Part shown: positions 47,239 to 56,358 of the stretch, piece by piece | Layout: each line of letters begins with the position of its first letter | Position numbering within the stretch: position 1 is the first letter of the stretch | From: a virus | Taxonomy: Duplodnaviria; Caudoviricetes | IMG/VR virus record: IMGVR_UViG_3300036770_007473 | Coordinates: 1-56,358 of that record | Direction: 5' to 3' (one strand) | DNA: 56,358 nucleotides | Program-made: the position numbers and the translations under genes | The notes under the pieces: model-generated | What the model saw: only the letters and a program-made list of their open reading frames with translations | The model's database searches: none | What the model was told of the DNA's origin: nothing

Positions 47239-48047
47239 CTCTCATTGCGTGCCACGATGAGATCTCGTGTGTCGCTGTGACCTGCGTCTTTCCTGCGTCC
47301 TTTGAGATGATCTAGATATGCTCCCCATGGAGTGTTGATCAAAGGGTGCCCTTCACCTTGTTTTGAGAATCCTTCGGTCCAGTTGAGTTGGCGCCATGCA
47401 GGAAACTGCTGCTGCACACGTTCTCTGACTCGATCAAACACCCAGCAGTCATTCCACTCAGACATCTCAAAGATCGAGCCATCATCATAGGCTGCCTGGA
47501 ATTGTTCTACGAAACTCTGCGTGGCTTGATAACGTATGTTCAAGGCATAAAGTCCGCATTCAGTAAATTTCTTAGCACGTCCCAAGAAAGCGATACCGTA
47601 GGCATCGGGTATCTGGCTGGCAATGAAATCTTCAGTGATGGGGCTATGACATACCATGTCGGCATCCATCCATAGCATCACTTCCCCGGCATGATTGCGG
47701 GCATGATGGCATACCGCGTAGACTTTATGGCTGAATCTGATAGCGTCCCAGCGGAATCCAATACCGGGCTGTTTGCCTTTCTTGTCTGCTGGACCCATGG
47801 CCACTTGACCTCTTGCCTTGGGATCGTTGCCCCATCGTTGCTTGAATGCAACCAACTCTGGAACAGTGTTATGGAAATCCAGCACATGCAAGCGTGGATG
47901 TTGTTGTTGGATCTCACAATCTTCGGCATAGACCCAAAGGTGTATGCTATGGGGCCAGTTTTTTAGAAAAGTGTCGATCATGCGGCTTCCGTACCTATCA
48001 TATCCGCTTTGATTGAATGTAGTGACCACAGAGAATGTCCTGCTCAT
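47211..48047 (-). CDS. nucleotide-diphospho-sugar transferase (GT-A)
   Basis: VVTTFN, FSHKVY, WMDAD, ECG, HLKG; paralog of 46516..47238. Confidence 0.75.
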   Translation of the reverse strand: MSRTFSVVTTFNQSGYDRYGSRMIDTFLKNWPHSIHLWVYAEDCEIQQQHPRLHVLDFHNTVPELVAFKQRWGNDPKARGQVAMGPADKKGKQPGIGFRWDAIRFSHKVYAVCHHARNHAGEVMLWMDADMVCHSPITEDFIASQIPDAYGIAFLGRAKKFTECGLYALNIRYQATQSFVEQFQAAYDDGSIFEMSEWNDCWVFDRVRERVQQQFPAWRQLNWTEGFSKQGEGHPLINTPWGAYLDHLKGRRKDAGHSDTRDLIVARNESYWSAVAAK

Positions 48048-48088
48048 GATTGTCCTTATAATAATTACTGTATGGGATATTTAACACG

Positions 48089-48934
48089 ATGAGATTTGGT
48101 CTTTTCCATAATTTTGGAGCCAAAAATAGCCAGCCAGTATTTGACAGTTTCCGCAAAGGATTGAACGCGCTGGGTTTTTTTCATGAGTCGCATGACATGA
48201 CCGCGGATGTGGCAGTGATCTGGAGCGTGCTCTGGTCCGGCACCATGCGTCACAATCGTGATGTATGGTCGCACTTCCGGCAGCAAAACAAACCTGTGAT
48301 AGTGATTGAAGTAGGCATGCTGCAGAGAGGGCATACCTGGAAAATGGGTGTGAATGGCACTGGATCATATGCTTACCACGGACAGGGCCTGGATCTATCG
48401 CGTCCCACAAAACTGGGCCTGTCGCTGCAGCCATGGCGATCCACAGGAGATCGTATCGTGGTCTGCGCTCAACGCACAGAAAGTCTGCAATGGCAAAATC
48501 AACCTTGTGCAGAACAATGGTTATCAGATGTCAGGAACAGATTGAGATTATACACCCAGAGACCTTTGGTTCTGCGTACACATCCTCGACAAAAGATCAC
48601 TCCCCCGTCGGGATATATTCTGGAATCGCCACGGCCTGTGACCGGTACCTATGATGATTTTGACTTTGCAAAAAGTCTCTCAGATACCTGGGCAGTGATC
48701 AATCACAACAGTGGACCCGGTTGCCAGGCTGTGATCTCGGGAGTACCCGCATTCGTAGATGCCAGTAGCCTGGCAGCCTCTGTGGGCAACCTTGACCTGT
48801 CACAGATCGAATCTCCCGTGATGCCTGATCGAGGATCGTGGTTCATACGGCTATGTCACACTGAATGGACTGTGCAGGAGATAGCCACCGGGTGGCCCAT
48901 ACAACGATTACTTCCGGGGCTGCAAGCGATCTAG
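48089..48934 (+). CDS. GT-B protein, capsule-synthesis (KpsC/KpsS)-like
   Basis: IEVG, RPLVLRTHP, HNSGPGCQAVISGVP. Confidence 0.62.
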   Translation: MRFGLFHNFGAKNSQPVFDSFRKGLNALGFFHESHDMTADVAVIWSVLWSGTMRHNRDVWSHFRQQNKPVIVIEVGMLQRGHTWKMGVNGTGSYAYHGQGLDLSRPTKLGLSLQPWRSTGDRIVVCAQRTESLQWQNQPCAEQWLSDVRNRLRLYTQRPLVLRTHPRQKITPPSGYILESPRPVTGTYDDFDFAKSLSDTWAVINHNSGPGCQAVISGVPAFVDASSLAASVGNLDLSQIESPVMPDRGSWFIRLCHTEWTVQEIATGWPIQRLLPGLQAI

Positions 48935-49885
48935 ATCTGCGTCAACCATGTCTCGCACCATCTGTTCAAATGTGGTCTGAGGTTTCCATCCCAACAGTTC
49001 GCGAGCACGGCTGCTATCTCCACAGAGACTGTGTAGTTCTGCTGGTCTCTTGAATCTGGGGTCGCTTTTGATATATCGTTCCCAATCCTCGATACCTGCA
49101 TGGCGGAACGCAGTATCCAACAACTCGCGGATGGTGTGCTGTTCTCCGGTAGAGATCACATAGTCTTGGGCCTCTGGCTGCTGCAGGATCATCCACATGG
49201 CTTCTACAAAATCTCCCGCAAATCCCCAGTCTCGTCGGGCGTCAAGATTGCCCAAGGTGATACTGTCGGCCAGCCCTAGTTTGATCCGTGCCACACCATC
49301 GGTCACTTTGCGTGTGACAAATTCTCGGCCTCTCAGAGGCGACTCGTGATTGAAAAGTATTCCAGAACAGGCATAGAGACTGTAACTCTCACGGAAGTTC
49401 ACCGTGATCCAATGTGCATACAGTTTGCTCACTCCGTAAGGACTGCGGGGATGGAACGGGGTATTTTCGTTCTGTTGGCCTCCGGTGCTGTTGCCATACA
49501 TTTCCGAGGTACTGGCCTGATAAAAACGAGTTTCGGCAGAGTGCTGTTTGATAGCATTTAGTATGTTCAACGGCCCCATGGCATTGACTTCGGTGGTCAA
49601 TTTATTGAGATCCCATGAAATGCCCACAAAACTTTGAGCGGCCAGATTGTAAAACTCTCGAGGACGGATGGTCTTCATGAGATGGTTCATGCAACCATCA
49701 TCTGTGATATCTCCGGTTATGAGTTCGACATCATTCTCGATGCCCAGCCATCGGAGGTTGTCAAGATTGGGATTGCTGTATCTCTTGACCAATCCATAAA
49801 CGTGATAGCCTTTTTCCAGCAGTAATTTTGCCAGATAAGGTCCGTCTTGTCCGGTCATGCCTGTGACAAAAGCAGTGGGTTTCAT
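48908..49885 (-). CDS. gmd: GDP-mannose 4,6-dehydratase
   Basis: TGMTGQDG, NLAAQSFV, QASTSE, PRSPYGVSK, FNHESP, RDWG. Confidence 0.95.
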   Translation of the reverse strand: MKPTAFVTGMTGQDGPYLAKLLLEKGYHVYGLVKRYSNPNLDNLRWLGIENDVELITGDITDDGCMNHLMKTIRPREFYNLAAQSFVGISWDLNKLTTEVNAMGPLNILNAIKQHSAETRFYQASTSEMYGNSTGGQQNENTPFHPRSPYGVSKLYAHWITVNFRESYSLYACSGILFNHESPLRGREFVTRKVTDGVARIKLGLADSITLGNLDARRDWGFAGDFVEAMWMILQQPEAQDYVISTGEQHTIRELLDTAFRHAGIEDWERYIKSDPRFKRPAELHSLCGDSSRARELLGWKPQTTFEQMVRDMVDADLDRLQPRK

Positions 49886-49936
49886 GTTGTCTCCTGTTTA
49901 GTCTATGTATCAAGACCGGCAGGTTGCTCAAAGATT

Positions 49937-50707
49937 TTACTGCTGCGCCAGACTGGTAAGGCTACGATCCACCCAGGGCAATACCAAATCTCTTTGCCGC
50001 AGATACCCGTGGCGCTGCACGCTCTGCGCTGCAGATTCTGGCAGGAGACCTAGATCGCATAGATCATACCATCGAGTGGTCTGCGGATCCAGCGGTGCGT
50101 GATCGCTCTTGTAGACCACGGCATGGAGCCATGGATCACCAGGATCTTTTTTGAAGAACCCACCAGCACAGTCCCATCCAGATACAGCCAGCACGTGTAT
50201 GAGACTGACCATGGTCCAGTTCCAATAACAACCATCCAGTTGATCGAACGCCTGCACACGACCTTCAAGGTTGGTGGTCTGGGGCAAGATCAGTACCATC
50301 ATGGCACCTTTTTCTGCTACCTGCCACCAGTTTTTCAATGTGGCGAAAGGATCTATCACATATTGGAAAGCATCGTGACACCATATGATATCGAATTTTT
50401 TCTTTCCTACCAGCAAAGGCTGTGTAAAATCCTGCGGATGATAACTGATATTACGATGACGCTGCGCAGCACTGATCTCAGACAAACGATCGATACCGAG
50501 ACACTTGATATTGAGAGGTCGAGGTGTTTCATCTCGAGTAGTACGTGAGGCCCACCACTCGAGATCTCGACCTCGGCCGCAACCCATGTCTATCAGAGTC
50601 TTGATACTGCCCATGAAATCGTCAAATTGATACAGAGTTTCCAGGGTCTGGAGACTGTGTGCATGGCTCTCGTCATCGTTGGTAAAAGGTCTATATGGTT
50701 TTGACAC
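49937..50707 (-). CDS. class I SAM-dependent methyltransferase
   Basis: IDMGCGRG, GID, FDIIWCHDAFQY. Confidence 0.8.
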   Translation of the reverse strand: MSKPYRPFTNDDESHAHSLQTLETLYQFDDFMGSIKTLIDMGCGRGRDLEWWASRTTRDETPRPLNIKCLGIDRLSEISAAQRHRNISYHPQDFTQPLLVGKKKFDIIWCHDAFQYVIDPFATLKNWWQVAEKGAMMVLILPQTTNLEGRVQAFDQLDGCYWNWTMVSLIHVLAVSGWDCAGGFFKKDPGDPWLHAVVYKSDHAPLDPQTTRWYDLCDLGLLPESAAQSVQRHGYLRQRDLVLPWVDRSLTSLAQQ

Positions 50708-51704
50708 GCTGTATTATCTCCGGCCAATGTGACATCCTGGCATTTTTAAACTCAAGCAGTCGAGCATTATTTCGTTCTAGTCTAGGAAATATCTGTTGAT
50801 AGAATCGATCAATTCCTGCTGTATGTATCCCGTCGATGGCATGGTCCAAGGTATCTAACATGTCTGCAAGTCGCAGCCCTGGATCCTGTATGGTATCGTA
50901 TGCATGTTCCAGCAGGAGATCGTCAAACACATCAAAGCCCAAGGATCTCACATCTGCTACCAACCCTGGAACTGACCACCATATGGGAATCTGATGCCAG
51001 GCAAAGCACTTGAAAGTTTTTTCAGTGATGAATCTTGTGCGCCAACTAATTTCAGTGCAGGGCTCCTGATTGCTGGTTTCTGACACAAGATTGATCATGC
51101 ATCGGAATATGTCATGGTTCTGGGCACGGTGCTGCTGTTCTCCTGGCACAGGGCCGTCGAGCAGTACCGGTATAGTGGTTTGTGCGATGGGATCATATCC
51201 TGTGTAGTCAATCATGGATGCATAACTCACAGTGTAAGTGTCTGTACCGTGACGTTGTCTCAGTTCGCGGAAGAGATTCGCTCTTTGTGTGCTACGTCTG
51301 CGCATGAGACAAACAAACGCTCGATCTCTCGTGATGTGTTTCCAGTCTATTCCCAGACCTAGCACATGGCTAAACCAGCCAGCATGATCGATCATCTGCC
51401 AGGGCCAGGAAACCGATTTTATATGAGATGGAGGATCGTCGAACACATTGTTCAAGAAGATCGCGCGGGCAGGATCAAACCAGGCTTCTTGTGCCAGGCT
51501 TTGTGTCACTGCCCGGAACTCTTCGGGGCCGTGACCTTCGAAAAGGCTGTCGAATATCACACGGCGATGAGATAAATCCTCCAGACGTAGCATACCTGCC
51601 GTCACGACGTGGTCAAATTGAGATTTCACCGTTCCGGCACGTATTTCTTCTATGTTAAAAAACGCCAGCTTGCAGCGTACTAACCCATGCCAACGATCAA
51701 TCAC
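50691..51704 (-). CDS. hypothetical glycosyltransferase-like protein (ET...EKT family)
   Basis: LVSET...FITEKTFK...LGFDVFDD...HAYD; start uncertain (GTG 51704). Confidence 0.55.
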   Translation of the reverse strand: MIDRWHGLVRCKLAFFNIEEIRAGTVKSQFDHVVTAGMLRLEDLSHRRVIFDSLFEGHGPEEFRAVTQSLAQEAWFDPARAIFLNNVFDDPPSHIKSVSWPWQMIDHAGWFSHVLGLGIDWKHITRDRAFVCLMRRRSTQRANLFRELRQRHGTDTYTVSYASMIDYTGYDPIAQTTIPVLLDGPVPGEQQHRAQNHDIFRCMINLVSETSNQEPCTEISWRTRFITEKTFKCFAWHQIPIWWSVPGLVADVRSLGFDVFDDLLLEHAYDTIQDPGLRLADMLDTLDHAIDGIHTAGIDRFYQQIFPRLERNNARLLEFKNARMSHWPEIIQRVKTI

Positions 51705-51709
51705 CGAGG

Positions 51710-52162
51710 TCAGACCTGTACGTCTTCCATTCCTGCAGTACGTAGGCGCACGATGTGTCCGCTCATCCAACTCTTGGAGTCCAGACCTTTCATGATACCT
51801 AACCAACGATTACGCAACAAGGCCACTTCGTTGATTATGGTCTCAAAATCGATCACTTCGTCTTCGCCGTCTACATATTTTTCAGCATCGCGTGCTGTGA
51901 GCGCTCGGGCATAGTTTTCCAGATATTTCTGGAAATGCCTGCGGCGTATCTTCCTGAGTTGGAGATTGAGATAATTTAACACAGCTTCGATTTCCTGCAA
52001 CTGATTAAATCTATGTTCGGTGATGCCCGGCAACTCTTTGATGTTGACTTCTACATAACCGCCAATACGACATTCGCGCTTGGCTTGCTCAAGCTCGTGT
52101 TCGTAGTGGGCTATAAAATCCGGAATAGTGCCCAGGTCAGAGATGACACGGTTATACCACAT
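51710..52162 (-). CDS. uvsY: recombination mediator, UvsY-like
   Basis: 150 aa helical protein with RDAEKYVDGE; downstream of uvsX. Confidence 0.75.
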   Translation of the reverse strand: MWYNRVISDLGTIPDFIAHYEHELEQAKRECRIGGYVEVNIKELPGITEHRFNQLQEIEAVLNYLNLQLRKIRRRHFQKYLENYARALTARDAEKYVDGEDEVIDFETIINEVALLRNRWLGIMKGLDSKSWMSGHIVRLRTAGMEDVQV

Positions 52163-52164
52163 GA

Positions 52165-52410
52165 TCAGTAATCGTCGCGATCAGTGTCTTCGTCATAGTC
52201 CTCTAGTTCTTCTTCGTCGGTGTCATCGAGATAAGTCTGTAAGGCACGCTTAACGTCGTTATCGCCTTTGAAGGCTGCACGTATGCCTTCTGCATCATAG
52301 TCGTTGTCGATCAACACATTGACCAAGGCATCTGCTGCCTCGGATCGGTCGGGAGCACTCAAAAAACGACGGAGTTCCGTCCATAAATCATAGGCTACAT
52401 CAAGAGACAT
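52165..52410 (-). CDS. hypothetical protein with acidic tail
   Basis: 81 aa between uvsX and uvsY. Confidence 0.75.
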   Translation of the reverse strand: MSLDVAYDLWTELRRFLSAPDRSEAADALVNVLIDNDYDAEGIRAAFKGDNDVKRALQTYLDDTDEEELEDYDEDTDRDDY

Positions 52411-52412
52411 CT

Positions 52413-53474
52413 TTATTCCCCCTGAGGTTGGGTGTCGGAAGTACTTACCTCAGTCTTCTGATTTTGGAAATCTGCCATGACCTTGTCCAGGCATCCATCT
52501 TCGTTTGATTCCCAGGCCTTGCGGAACTGTTTGATGATTTCGCCATCTGCGGTGGTAAATGCCAGGCGGTTGCCATCTTTCTTCAATAGACCTTTCTTTT
52601 CAGCCAAGTCAACCAGACCAGAATAAGGACTCATACCTGTGGAATACGGAATCTTGACTTGCACACCCTCAAAGGGTTTGGCATATCGAGTTTTCATTAC
52701 TTTACAGGCTGATCGAATGCCCATGACATCTGAGATCTTGTTGCCGTCCTCGTCTTCCTTGAGCTTGAGTTTCTTCATGGCCACAACGATAGAACTGGCA
52801 TAGATGAAGCCTTGTCCGCCTGAGATCTTGTCGTCGGGGTCAAACATGTCCTGGCTGGCATAGGTATGATTGGTACACACCATGCCCACACCGTAGGCTC
52901 CAAACATGTTCACACAGTTACGAACCAATGCAGTCAAACTCTTGGCCTTGCGACCCAAATCACCTTTCATGTCGCCGGCTTCAAACTGGTTCACATCTGT
53001 GGGTGTAAGCAACATGCCTACTGAATCGATCACGAACAGCACTTTGGGGCGCTCGCCATCGGGCAGAGCCTTGTATTCTGCCATGAACGTAGAGATAGTT
53101 TTGGCCACATCATCTACCATGGCCATGCTCAGTTTCAGTAGTTTTGATTCATCTGTGCTTACGCCCAGAGCATGCAACCAAGTTTCGTCCAAGGCATTTT
53201 CTGTGTCGATCAATACAACAAAGATTCCTTGTTCCTGGGCATGTTTTACAATGTTACCGGAACAGATATACGACTTGCCGGCACCGGATTCGCCAGCGAA
53301 CACTGTGACTTTGCCAAGAGGAATTCCTCGACTAAAGTCGCCAGAAATTAGATAGTTCAAAGCATAGTTGCCTGTGGAGATCCAGTCGGTGGGATCGTTG
53401 AAACCGATTGAAAGTCCATCGATTGATTTGGTAATTTCTTTTCGGAATTTACTTACGTCGAAAGGTTTAGCCAT
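52413..53474 (-). CDS. uvsX: RecA/UvsX recombinase
   Basis: ISTG, GESGAGKS, IDTE, VIDS, TNH, SGG. Confidence 0.92.
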   Translation of the reverse strand: MAKPFDVSKFRKEITKSIDGLSIGFNDPTDWISTGNYALNYLISGDFSRGIPLGKVTVFAGESGAGKSYICSGNIVKHAQEQGIFVVLIDTENALDETWLHALGVSTDESKLLKLSMAMVDDVAKTISTFMAEYKALPDGERPKVLFVIDSVGMLLTPTDVNQFEAGDMKGDLGRKAKSLTALVRNCVNMFGAYGVGMVCTNHTYASQDMFDPDDKISGGQGFIYASSIVVAMKKLKLKEDEDGNKISDVMGIRSACKVMKTRYAKPFEGVQVKIPYSTGMSPYSGLVDLAEKKGLLKKDGNRLAFTTADGEIIKQFRKAWESNEDGCLDKVMADFQNQKTEVSTSDTQPQGE

Positions 53475-53494
53475 GTATCACCTATTAAATTGAA

Positions 53495-53521
53495 ACCATG
53501 GGAGACGGATGCTCCCATGGT
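53495..53521 (-). terminator. hairpin between gp32 and uvsX (weak terminator or stabiliser)
   Basis: ACCATGGGAG-N7-CTCCCATGGT 10-bp stem with only a short T-run. Confidence 0.55.
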
Positions 53522-53533
53522 GCTCCTTATATA

Positions 53534-54538
53534 TTACTGTTTGTTCTGACGAGCACGGATCATGGCCAGGATGTCTTGCGCATTCTGGCCACCGGGAGCA
53601 GCAGGTTTGGCCACAGGGGCAGTGGCCACTGGAGCATCCTCTTCGTCGAAACTGGAGGCAGCAGGTGCTGCCTTGGCTACAGGGGTGACCGACACCGGTG
53701 CTGCCTCCTCATCTACAACGGGCGCCGATGAAGATGAAGCAGATGGAGCCGCTACGCCGGCCGGTCGAAAATATTGACCCCAACGATCGGGATCATAAGG
53801 TTTGCCGTCCACAGAAGCCTCGAACATCTCTTTCATCACACGGAGTTCGACTTCAGTGGGTTTCTTGGGCAGGAATTCAGCCAGGGTAAACAGACCATGT
53901 TGGGCCAGGGCCGCTTGTTCCTGCTCAGTCAAGGCTGTTTCTTTCCGACTCCATTTGGAGGTGCTGTAGTCAGCATAGCCACCCTTGGAGGTCTTAGTGA
54001 TACGGAAGTCCAGGCCACGCATGAGATCGGTTGGCAGTTCTTCCAGTTCGGGATCCATCAGGGCTGATTTGATCAGGGTAAAGATCTGCGGACCAATGAT
54101 GAATCTACGGATGGGATTTTCCGGAGTGCGATCTTCGGTAAGAGGGTTCTCACGCACAAAACCCTGCATGATGTATGAACGCTTTTTCCAGTACTTACGG
54201 CCCATATCTTCCAGGCTCTTGTCCTTGAACCATGTGCGAACTTCGGCCAAGATCGGGCAGGCCTCGCCCCACATTTCTACGCAGGGCACTTGCACCTGTA
54301 CCTGTTTGGAATCCATTTCGCCCTTGACGCCTGCGAATGGCAGTTTGATCATAGCGCGTTCGGCCCAGAAGAATGTGTTTTTTGCATCGCCATCGGGCAA
54401 GAAACGCAGCGTGGCTGAGTGCCCTTCGTCCATGTTCCAGTGGGGGTAGATTGCGTTGTCGCCGCCAGTTTGATTGTTGCCGCCTTTGTTCGACTCAGCG
54501 GCTTGGAGTCGAGCGCGGATTTCTGCTAAAGATGCCAT
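53534..54538 (-). CDS. single-stranded DNA-binding protein (T4 gp32-like)
   Basis: LRFLP, C...CPI, YWKKRSY, GLDFRITK..GGYADY..SKW; upstream of uvsX. Confidence 0.85.
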   Translation of the reverse strand: MASLAEIRARLQAAESNKGGNNQTGGDNAIYPHWNMDEGHSATLRFLPDGDAKNTFFWAERAMIKLPFAGVKGEMDSKQVQVQVPCVEMWGEACPILAEVRTWFKDKSLEDMGRKYWKKRSYIMQGFVRENPLTEDRTPENPIRRFIIGPQIFTLIKSALMDPELEELPTDLMRGLDFRITKTSKGGYADYSTSKWSRKETALTEQEQAALAQHGLFTLAEFLPKKPTEVELRVMKEMFEASVDGKPYDPDRWGQYFRPAGVAAPSASSSSAPVVDEEAAPVSVTPVAKAAPAASSFDEEDAPVATAPVAKPAAPGGQNAQDILAMIRARQNKQ

Positions 54539-54663
54539 AGTATGATTGTCCTTTCGTTGCCTATGTTTACTACTTGCCTAGTGTACTACTTGCCTGTTGT
54601 GTACACTCATTGCTGAGTATACACGATATTATTTAGCAGAGTCAACAAACTCTGCGGATTTTT

Positions 54664-56052
54664 TTATCTAGATTTTGCCAATTCCAAAAGACGTCCTAGA
54701 TGTCGCTCTATGCTTTCGCTGCTCATATTGCTGGGACGTGTCATCATCACGCCATCCACATCTAGGTCCTCGCCTACACCTACTTCTGTGCCCACGGCCG
54801 AGTCTGGCTCTGGTTGGAAATCAATATCCAGTCCTAACTCTGCCAATCTGGCCTGCACCAAAGGTCTGGCATCGGCGTTGGGATCCTGTTGTGCCAACTT
54901 GGATAGGTCATCAAACAATTGGTCATCGCCCACGAGATCGTACAGTTGTTCGGTGGCATTGGTAGCATCGGCACCCACGGGCAAAGGACGTGACATCAGT
55001 TCCTGCAGTTGGCGCATCTCGCGTGGATCATCGGGCAGAGCCCAGGTTCCTTCTACCAAATCATCCGCCCATTGTTCGAACATCTCAGACTCTGCAGCAG
55101 AAGATCGGTCTGAGATCGCGCTGGCTGCTGCACCCGCGGCTATGCGTGCCAAGATAGGCAAGGCCTCTTCGATGCGCTGATCCAGACTCTGCTCCAGGAA
55201 CATGTCTCGGATGCTTTCTGCTGTGACTTCGCTGTCTGTGAACGCAGCAGGGTCAAAATTCTCTCGCTCTTCATGATAACCTCGCTGGCTGATCATGCGT
55301 TTGGCTTTGGCTTTGAGATCCTGGTAGTGGCGTATGGCCGATTCAACCAGACTCTGTGTGTCATTATCGTATTGTTTGTTCCGGGCCGCACGCACGAAAC
55401 GTGCTAAGGTGCTCATCTCTGCTACCATCTGCGTGATATGTTGCCCGAACGCATCATAAGGTGTGCCACCTTCAGCACAGTGGCGGGCCATGGCTTTGCC
55501 GGCCATGAGATTCTTGAAAGGCAGAGGAAATCTAGCGCCTTCATCGGTTTCAACAAACAATCGATCTATGTGTCGAAAACGTGCATCACCTTCGCCCAGA
55601 GTACGATCATGTTTGATCACCAGTTTGGTCTTTTTGGGCTGGTCGCTGTAGGAAACTTTGCGTGTGCCGTAGTAGCCCTCAAACAGGCCTTCTCGGATAG
55701 CGGCCATGCCTTGCATGGTGTACTTGAGACGATTGAGGTTTTGCGGACGGAACGTCAGTAGATTGCTGGTGGCAAATTTCTTGATCTGATTAAGGAACTC
55801 ATACCATTCTCGACGATCGTCGCTCTCCATGGCCCGGCCGAGGTTATCGCCAAAATACATCTCCAGTTCGTTGTCTGAATTGATCAGTAGCACCACTGTG
55901 CCGTAGTTTTTGTCCTGGGTTTTCCAATCAAAACTGAAAAGTTCTGCTTCGGCAGGATCCATCACGGCCTTGCCCTTGCTGTCCAGTATTTCTGGATCAA
56001 AATCACGGGTGACCAGGAGATTGTACAAGGAGTTAGCGGCGGTGTTTTCCAT
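54664..56052 (-). CDS. hypothetical, probable head-associated protein
   Basis: 462 aa directly after terminase; TAAATA 6 nt before ATG; several (L/I/V)xE-G/S sites. Confidence 0.7.
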   Translation of the reverse strand: MENTAANSLYNLLVTRDFDPEILDSKGKAVMDPAEAELFSFDWKTQDKNYGTVVLLINSDNELEMYFGDNLGRAMESDDRREWYEFLNQIKKFATSNLLTFRPQNLNRLKYTMQGMAAIREGLFEGYYGTRKVSYSDQPKKTKLVIKHDRTLGEGDARFRHIDRLFVETDEGARFPLPFKNLMAGKAMARHCAEGGTPYDAFGQHITQMVAEMSTLARFVRAARNKQYDNDTQSLVESAIRHYQDLKAKAKRMISQRGYHEERENFDPAAFTDSEVTAESIRDMFLEQSLDQRIEEALPILARIAAGAAASAISDRSSAAESEMFEQWADDLVEGTWALPDDPREMRQLQELMSRPLPVGADATNATEQLYDLVGDDQLFDDLSKLAQQDPNADARPLVQARLAELGLDIDFQPEPDSAVGTEVGVGEDLDVDGVMMTRPSNMSSESIERHLGRLLELAKSR

Positions 56053-56061
56053 ATCTTTTAT

Positions 56062-56358
56062 TTAGCCGAGGGTCATTACAAACGGCAATGGCTCGATGAT
56101 GCTTTCGTTGTGATCTCGCATGTGCGTGTCTAGTTCGGCATGATAACTCTGCAGGATCTGCAGCATCCGTACCACCAATATAGTGGCCATCACGAGATCG
56201 TCTGTTTCTCCGATCTTGGCTGCATAACTGATACCTGATGCCACGAAAGATTTCAGTTCAGTGACGAGATTTGGGCTGTTGATGCGCATCTTGCCAGTTT
56301 CCACGAGATTTTTGAGCTTGGCGCAGGCAGCGAGTTTGGGTTTGTGCGTGGTATTGAA
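56062..56358 (-). CDS. terL: terminase large subunit, C-terminal nuclease end (partial)
   Basis: KLAACAKLKNLVE...ELKSFV...ETDDLVMA, typical of the T4 gp17-like C-terminus. Confidence 0.85.
   Translation of the reverse strand, partial: FNTTHKPKLAACAKLKNLVETGKMRINSPNLVTELKSFVASGISYAAKIGETDDLVMATILVVRMLQILQSYHAELDTHMRDHNESIIEPLPFVMTLG

Noticed and set aside
1-56358. Stop-codon reassignment
   Set aside because: Conserved genes are full length in the standard code, and TAA, TAG and TGA all end genes at sensible positions.
1-56358. Bacterial chromosome origin, suggested by iscU, iscA, gmd, porin and nrdAB
   Set aside because: These genes are interleaved with terminase, gp32, UvsX/Y/W, PAAR and tail genes and share phage-type promoters; the rest of the isc operon is missing.
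1-56358. tRNA or rRNA genes
   Set aside because: No cloverleaf with a T-loop motif was found by eye in the few intergenic gaps; a tRNAscan-SE/Aragorn run would be decisive.

Overview
A 56 kb segment of a large, distantly T4-related tailed phage, densely coding in the standard code and mostly on the minus strand. From the right end it carries the terminase large-subunit 3' end, a gp32/UvsX/UvsY recombination block and a ~13 kb glycosylation cluster (gmd, many glycosyltransferases and methyltransferases). Further left are an AAA ATPase, UvsW, a four-gene operon ending in a miniature DnaE-like polymerase, primase and helicase, and an AT-richer amidinotransferase/PLP-enzyme/2OG-oxygenase island. 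These are followed by putative head-packaged proteins (including a Pol-beta-type NTase fused to a ligase-like domain), iscU/iscA, a beta-helix tail protein, nrdAB-grx, a PAAR spike, a proteobacterial-type porin and small early genes. No tRNA, rRNA, CRISPR array or transposase was recognised. The most notable unexplained signals are the NTase-ligase fusion with candidate prohead-protease sites and the mini-DnaE operon. Non-coding signals include an anti-Shine-Dalgarno hairpin matching the AGGAGC ribosome-binding sites of the early genes, structured porin and gp32 leaders, systematic leaderless transcripts and a shared palindrome upstream of early promoters. All calls come from reading motifs by eye; no database searches were run.
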